In this document: one piece after another, positions 61,563-64,000 of the stretch
How positions within the stretch are numbered: the stretch's first letter is position 1
Layout of the letters: the number at the start of each line of letters is the position of its first letter
Source of the DNA: Felis catus
Lineage: Eukaryota
NCBI RefSeq assembly: GCF_018350175.1
Contig: NC_058368.1
Coordinates: 195,240,001-195,304,000, forward strand
DNA length: 64,000 nt
Direction of reading: 5' to 3'
Made by a program: the position numbers and the translations under genes
Notes under the pieces: model-generated
The model's database searches: none
Seen by the model: the letters and a program-made list of their open reading frames with translations, nothing else
What the model was told of the DNA's origin: nothing

Positions 61563-62950
61563 CTGTCCTCAGAGGGAGGCAGGTGGGAGGCCAAGGACTT
61601 GGCATCTTCCTTCCGTCTTGTACGAGTGAGATGAGCGTGGCTGGAAAAGGGGAGGGAAGCCCCCAGTCCAGGCCGCCATGCCTTGAAACGTGCTCTCCCA
61701 GACCCCCGGCTAGCCCCTGAGGATGGAGGGAAGCTGAGGGAAGAGCTCCAGAAAGAGCACCAGGGCCCCCCCGCAGCAAGGGGCTGCGCAGAGCAGTTGA
61801 CCCTGGAGAAACAGGACACACTGATTCCTGGGATGGACAAGAGGCAGTCTGTCTGGCTGCCTGCCACCTCTCAGTCCCCAGGGAGGCAGGGCCTGAACTA
61901 CTGAGTCCGCTCTGCCAGGGTGCACCCTTACACCTACTCACAGCCCCATTCTGGAGGCAGAGGCAGGTCCGCGCCTGACAGGCCACAGAGACGGCGCCCA
62001 GGGTCATCTGACCCTGGAGGGCCACAACGCGTCCTCTAGGGCCTGAGAGGTAAGCAGTACGCAAGCAGGGACCAAGCCGGCCGTGCACCCTGCCTCATTC
62101 GTACATTACTCCAGCATCTGCTCCGTGTCAGGTACTGTGCTAGGCCTGGGGCACGATGTGAATGAGGGCGACAAGGGTTCCCGAGGAGCGTCGCTTGGCT
62201 CAGTCTCCTGGGGTCCCACTCGGATCCAGATTCCAAGGAACTTGCTCTGCCTCTGTCAAGTCCCATGACCTTCCTCCAGCCAGGGCAGGTCAGGATTCGT
62301 GCAGCCCTGCGCCTTCTTTGTTAAGGAATTCAGACCTCATGGAACTCTGGGTTCTTCACCCCAAGTTTCTCAAGCACTTTGGGCCAAAGGCAAGAAGGAC
62401 ATAATTCTTCGTTTTTAAAATTCTTAGGCACTTTTCAACCTTGCTGTCTGGATGAGTTGCCAAAGGGATTTTCCTTCCCTAGACACAAGGAACTCAGAAC
62501 TCCCACTCAGGGCATCAGGGCAGGGGGGAGGCACGGAGCCGGATGCTCTGCCTTTCCCTGCCTCTCCCTGCCATCTCAGATGCCTGCCAATTGAAGTGTT
62601 ACCTGCAGTGACTCAACCCTATGCATGGAGGGTCAGTGTGGGCACGTGTAGAGTGTATGTAGCCAGGAGCGGCAGTGACCGGGGTGGCCATGCCACTCTC
62701 TCCCCTGCCAATCCCTTTCTCCGGTCCACTGCCTTTTCATGCGTGTTGTTTCTGGAGACAAAAGTCAAAAGGAAGAGCAATAGAGACTCTCACCCACCGG
62801 GTTGCTGCTGATAGTGAGAGGGAACTGTGTGGGTAAGGATGTATTTGCGTGACTGGTTCATAGCTGTGCGTGATGGTGTGTGTGACGGGATGACTGGTTT
62901 ACATTGGTCATTTGTTGTTTTTTAACAATAAAGTATCTTTTTTACTGTTA
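61563..62950 (+). other. FAT2: FAT2 3' UTR (end approximate)
   Basis: Runs from the stop codon to just past the first AATAAA, which is followed by a U/GU-rich tract. Confidence 0.75.
62927..62932 (+). terminator. Polyadenylation signal of FAT2
   Basis: AATAAA with a U-rich upstream element (tttgttgtttttt) and a downstream U/GU-rich tract (ttttactgttatttttctgtgtc). Confidence 0.8.
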
Positions 62951-63743
62951 TTTTTCTGTGTCACTTATCCTGTTTGGGCCTGGGTCAGGGGAAGGGCCAA
63001 GGGTCTACCGGCCCTTCTGAGCTGAGGTTCATGGAATTTGGGGGCTAGGAGGGACCCCAGAGGTCATCGAGCACCGTGATTCCCAAACCTAGCGAAATGG
63101 CTAAAATGTAGATTTGTGAGCCCCCAACCCAGACAAACAAAATCAAAACCTCTGGCGGCGGGGCCCCGAACACTTGGGAAAAATTCCTCCAATTCCAACA
63201 CAACTGCCTGCAGTGAGGGAACAAGTCCGCCAGTCAGCAGGTCAGGGAAAGGCCCAGGACGAGACTGGAGGGCTGCTGACCCCCGGCCAACACTCTCTGC
63301 ACCTCACAGCACTGGTCGGCGAGAGGAGACTTTCTAGCACAGGCCTGGGGGAGCCAGCCCTCCCGGTGCCCAGAGCCAGTCTATGGCTGGGCTGCTTCTC
63401 CACGGCCTGCCCGGAGGCCCAGCTGGTCCCGGGCTACTGTGGTCCACGTAGGCCCTGCAGTGACACTGAGACTGGAAAGCCCAGTCCCTGCCACCGCGGT
63501 CCCAGTGGGGTGGGTAGAGAAGACACATCGTGGGAGGCACCCCCGCACATTGTGGCTCTGAGGCCAGATAGGCTGGGCTCCAAACCCCTCTGCCACAGAG
63601 CAATGTGGCCTCGGGCAGGTATGAATTGGCGTTCCGATTTTTAGAAGCATAAACAATATGGTAACCTATGCTAGGAAGTAATAATAGTATATAGATCGGA
63701 TTAATTTATCAGAGCTGTGCAGGAAATCACAAACAGGCTAGTC

Positions 63744-64000
63744 CGGTGTTGCCCAGACTTCTGTTGTTTTGCTGACCTCTTTTATGATTTTTTGCCCTAA
63801 TAGAATACCACCTGTGCCATTGTTTACTTAATTTTCTTTCAGTGCGTCCTGATTTGAAAAAAACATTTGTATTCACCCCAAAATGATATATGCATAAACT
63901 AAAGGATTTGAAAGTCGGTATTTGTTTTCTAGAATACACGAAAACACATAAACATTCAGATTTTTTAAATGGTTGTCCAGGGTCCACTTTGGGAAGCGCA
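63744..64000. mobile_element. Possible hAT-Charlie MITE
   Basis: Imperfect TIR-like ends cggtgttgcccagact / cactttgggaagcgc around an AT-rich interior. Confidence 0.4.

Noticed and set aside
62950..64000. End of a convergent neighbouring gene (SLC36A1 in human synteny)
   Set aside because: No transporter-like coding sequence or clear - strand gene end is visible
1..64000. CRISPR array, prokaryotic system, NUMT, retrogene or intact ERV/L1 ORF
   Set aside because: No regularly spaced repeat-spacer array and no long ORF other than FAT2 exons; I recognised no mitochondrial, gag/pol or retrocopy sequence by eye

Overview
Felid (cat-like) genomic DNA, identified by feline CAN-SINEs and an L1_Fc-type 3' end. 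It holds almost the whole FAT2 (protocadherin Fat 2) gene on the + strand. I reconstructed 23 coding exons from 1 to 61562, all with GT-AG introns and consistent phases. They total 12,966 nt (4,321 codons plus TAG) with no frameshift or premature stop. The start codon and signal peptide (about 31 aa, judged from human FAT2 as I recall it) lie just upstream of the window. The protein has about 34 cadherin repeats, a laminin-G domain, EGF repeats, a transmembrane helix and a proline-rich tail. The 3' UTR ends after an AATAAA at 62927. Introns carry 27 tRNA-derived CAN-SINEs, many with clear target-site duplications, plus L1, L2, MIR, MER5, MER44, Charlie and MaLR relics and microsatellites. I found no new gene system. 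The best leads are: (1) a symmetric, stop-free 4,059-nt exon flanked by oppositely oriented SINEs, a circRNA/rolling-translation candidate; (2) a nested double inverted SINE pair upstream of it; (3) a strand-polarity switch of SINEs along the gene; (4) multi-layer nested insertions; (5) in-frame cryptic acceptors; (6) WIRS, PPxY and PDZ-like motifs in the tail. Repeat family names come from recalled consensus sequences, not from a search.
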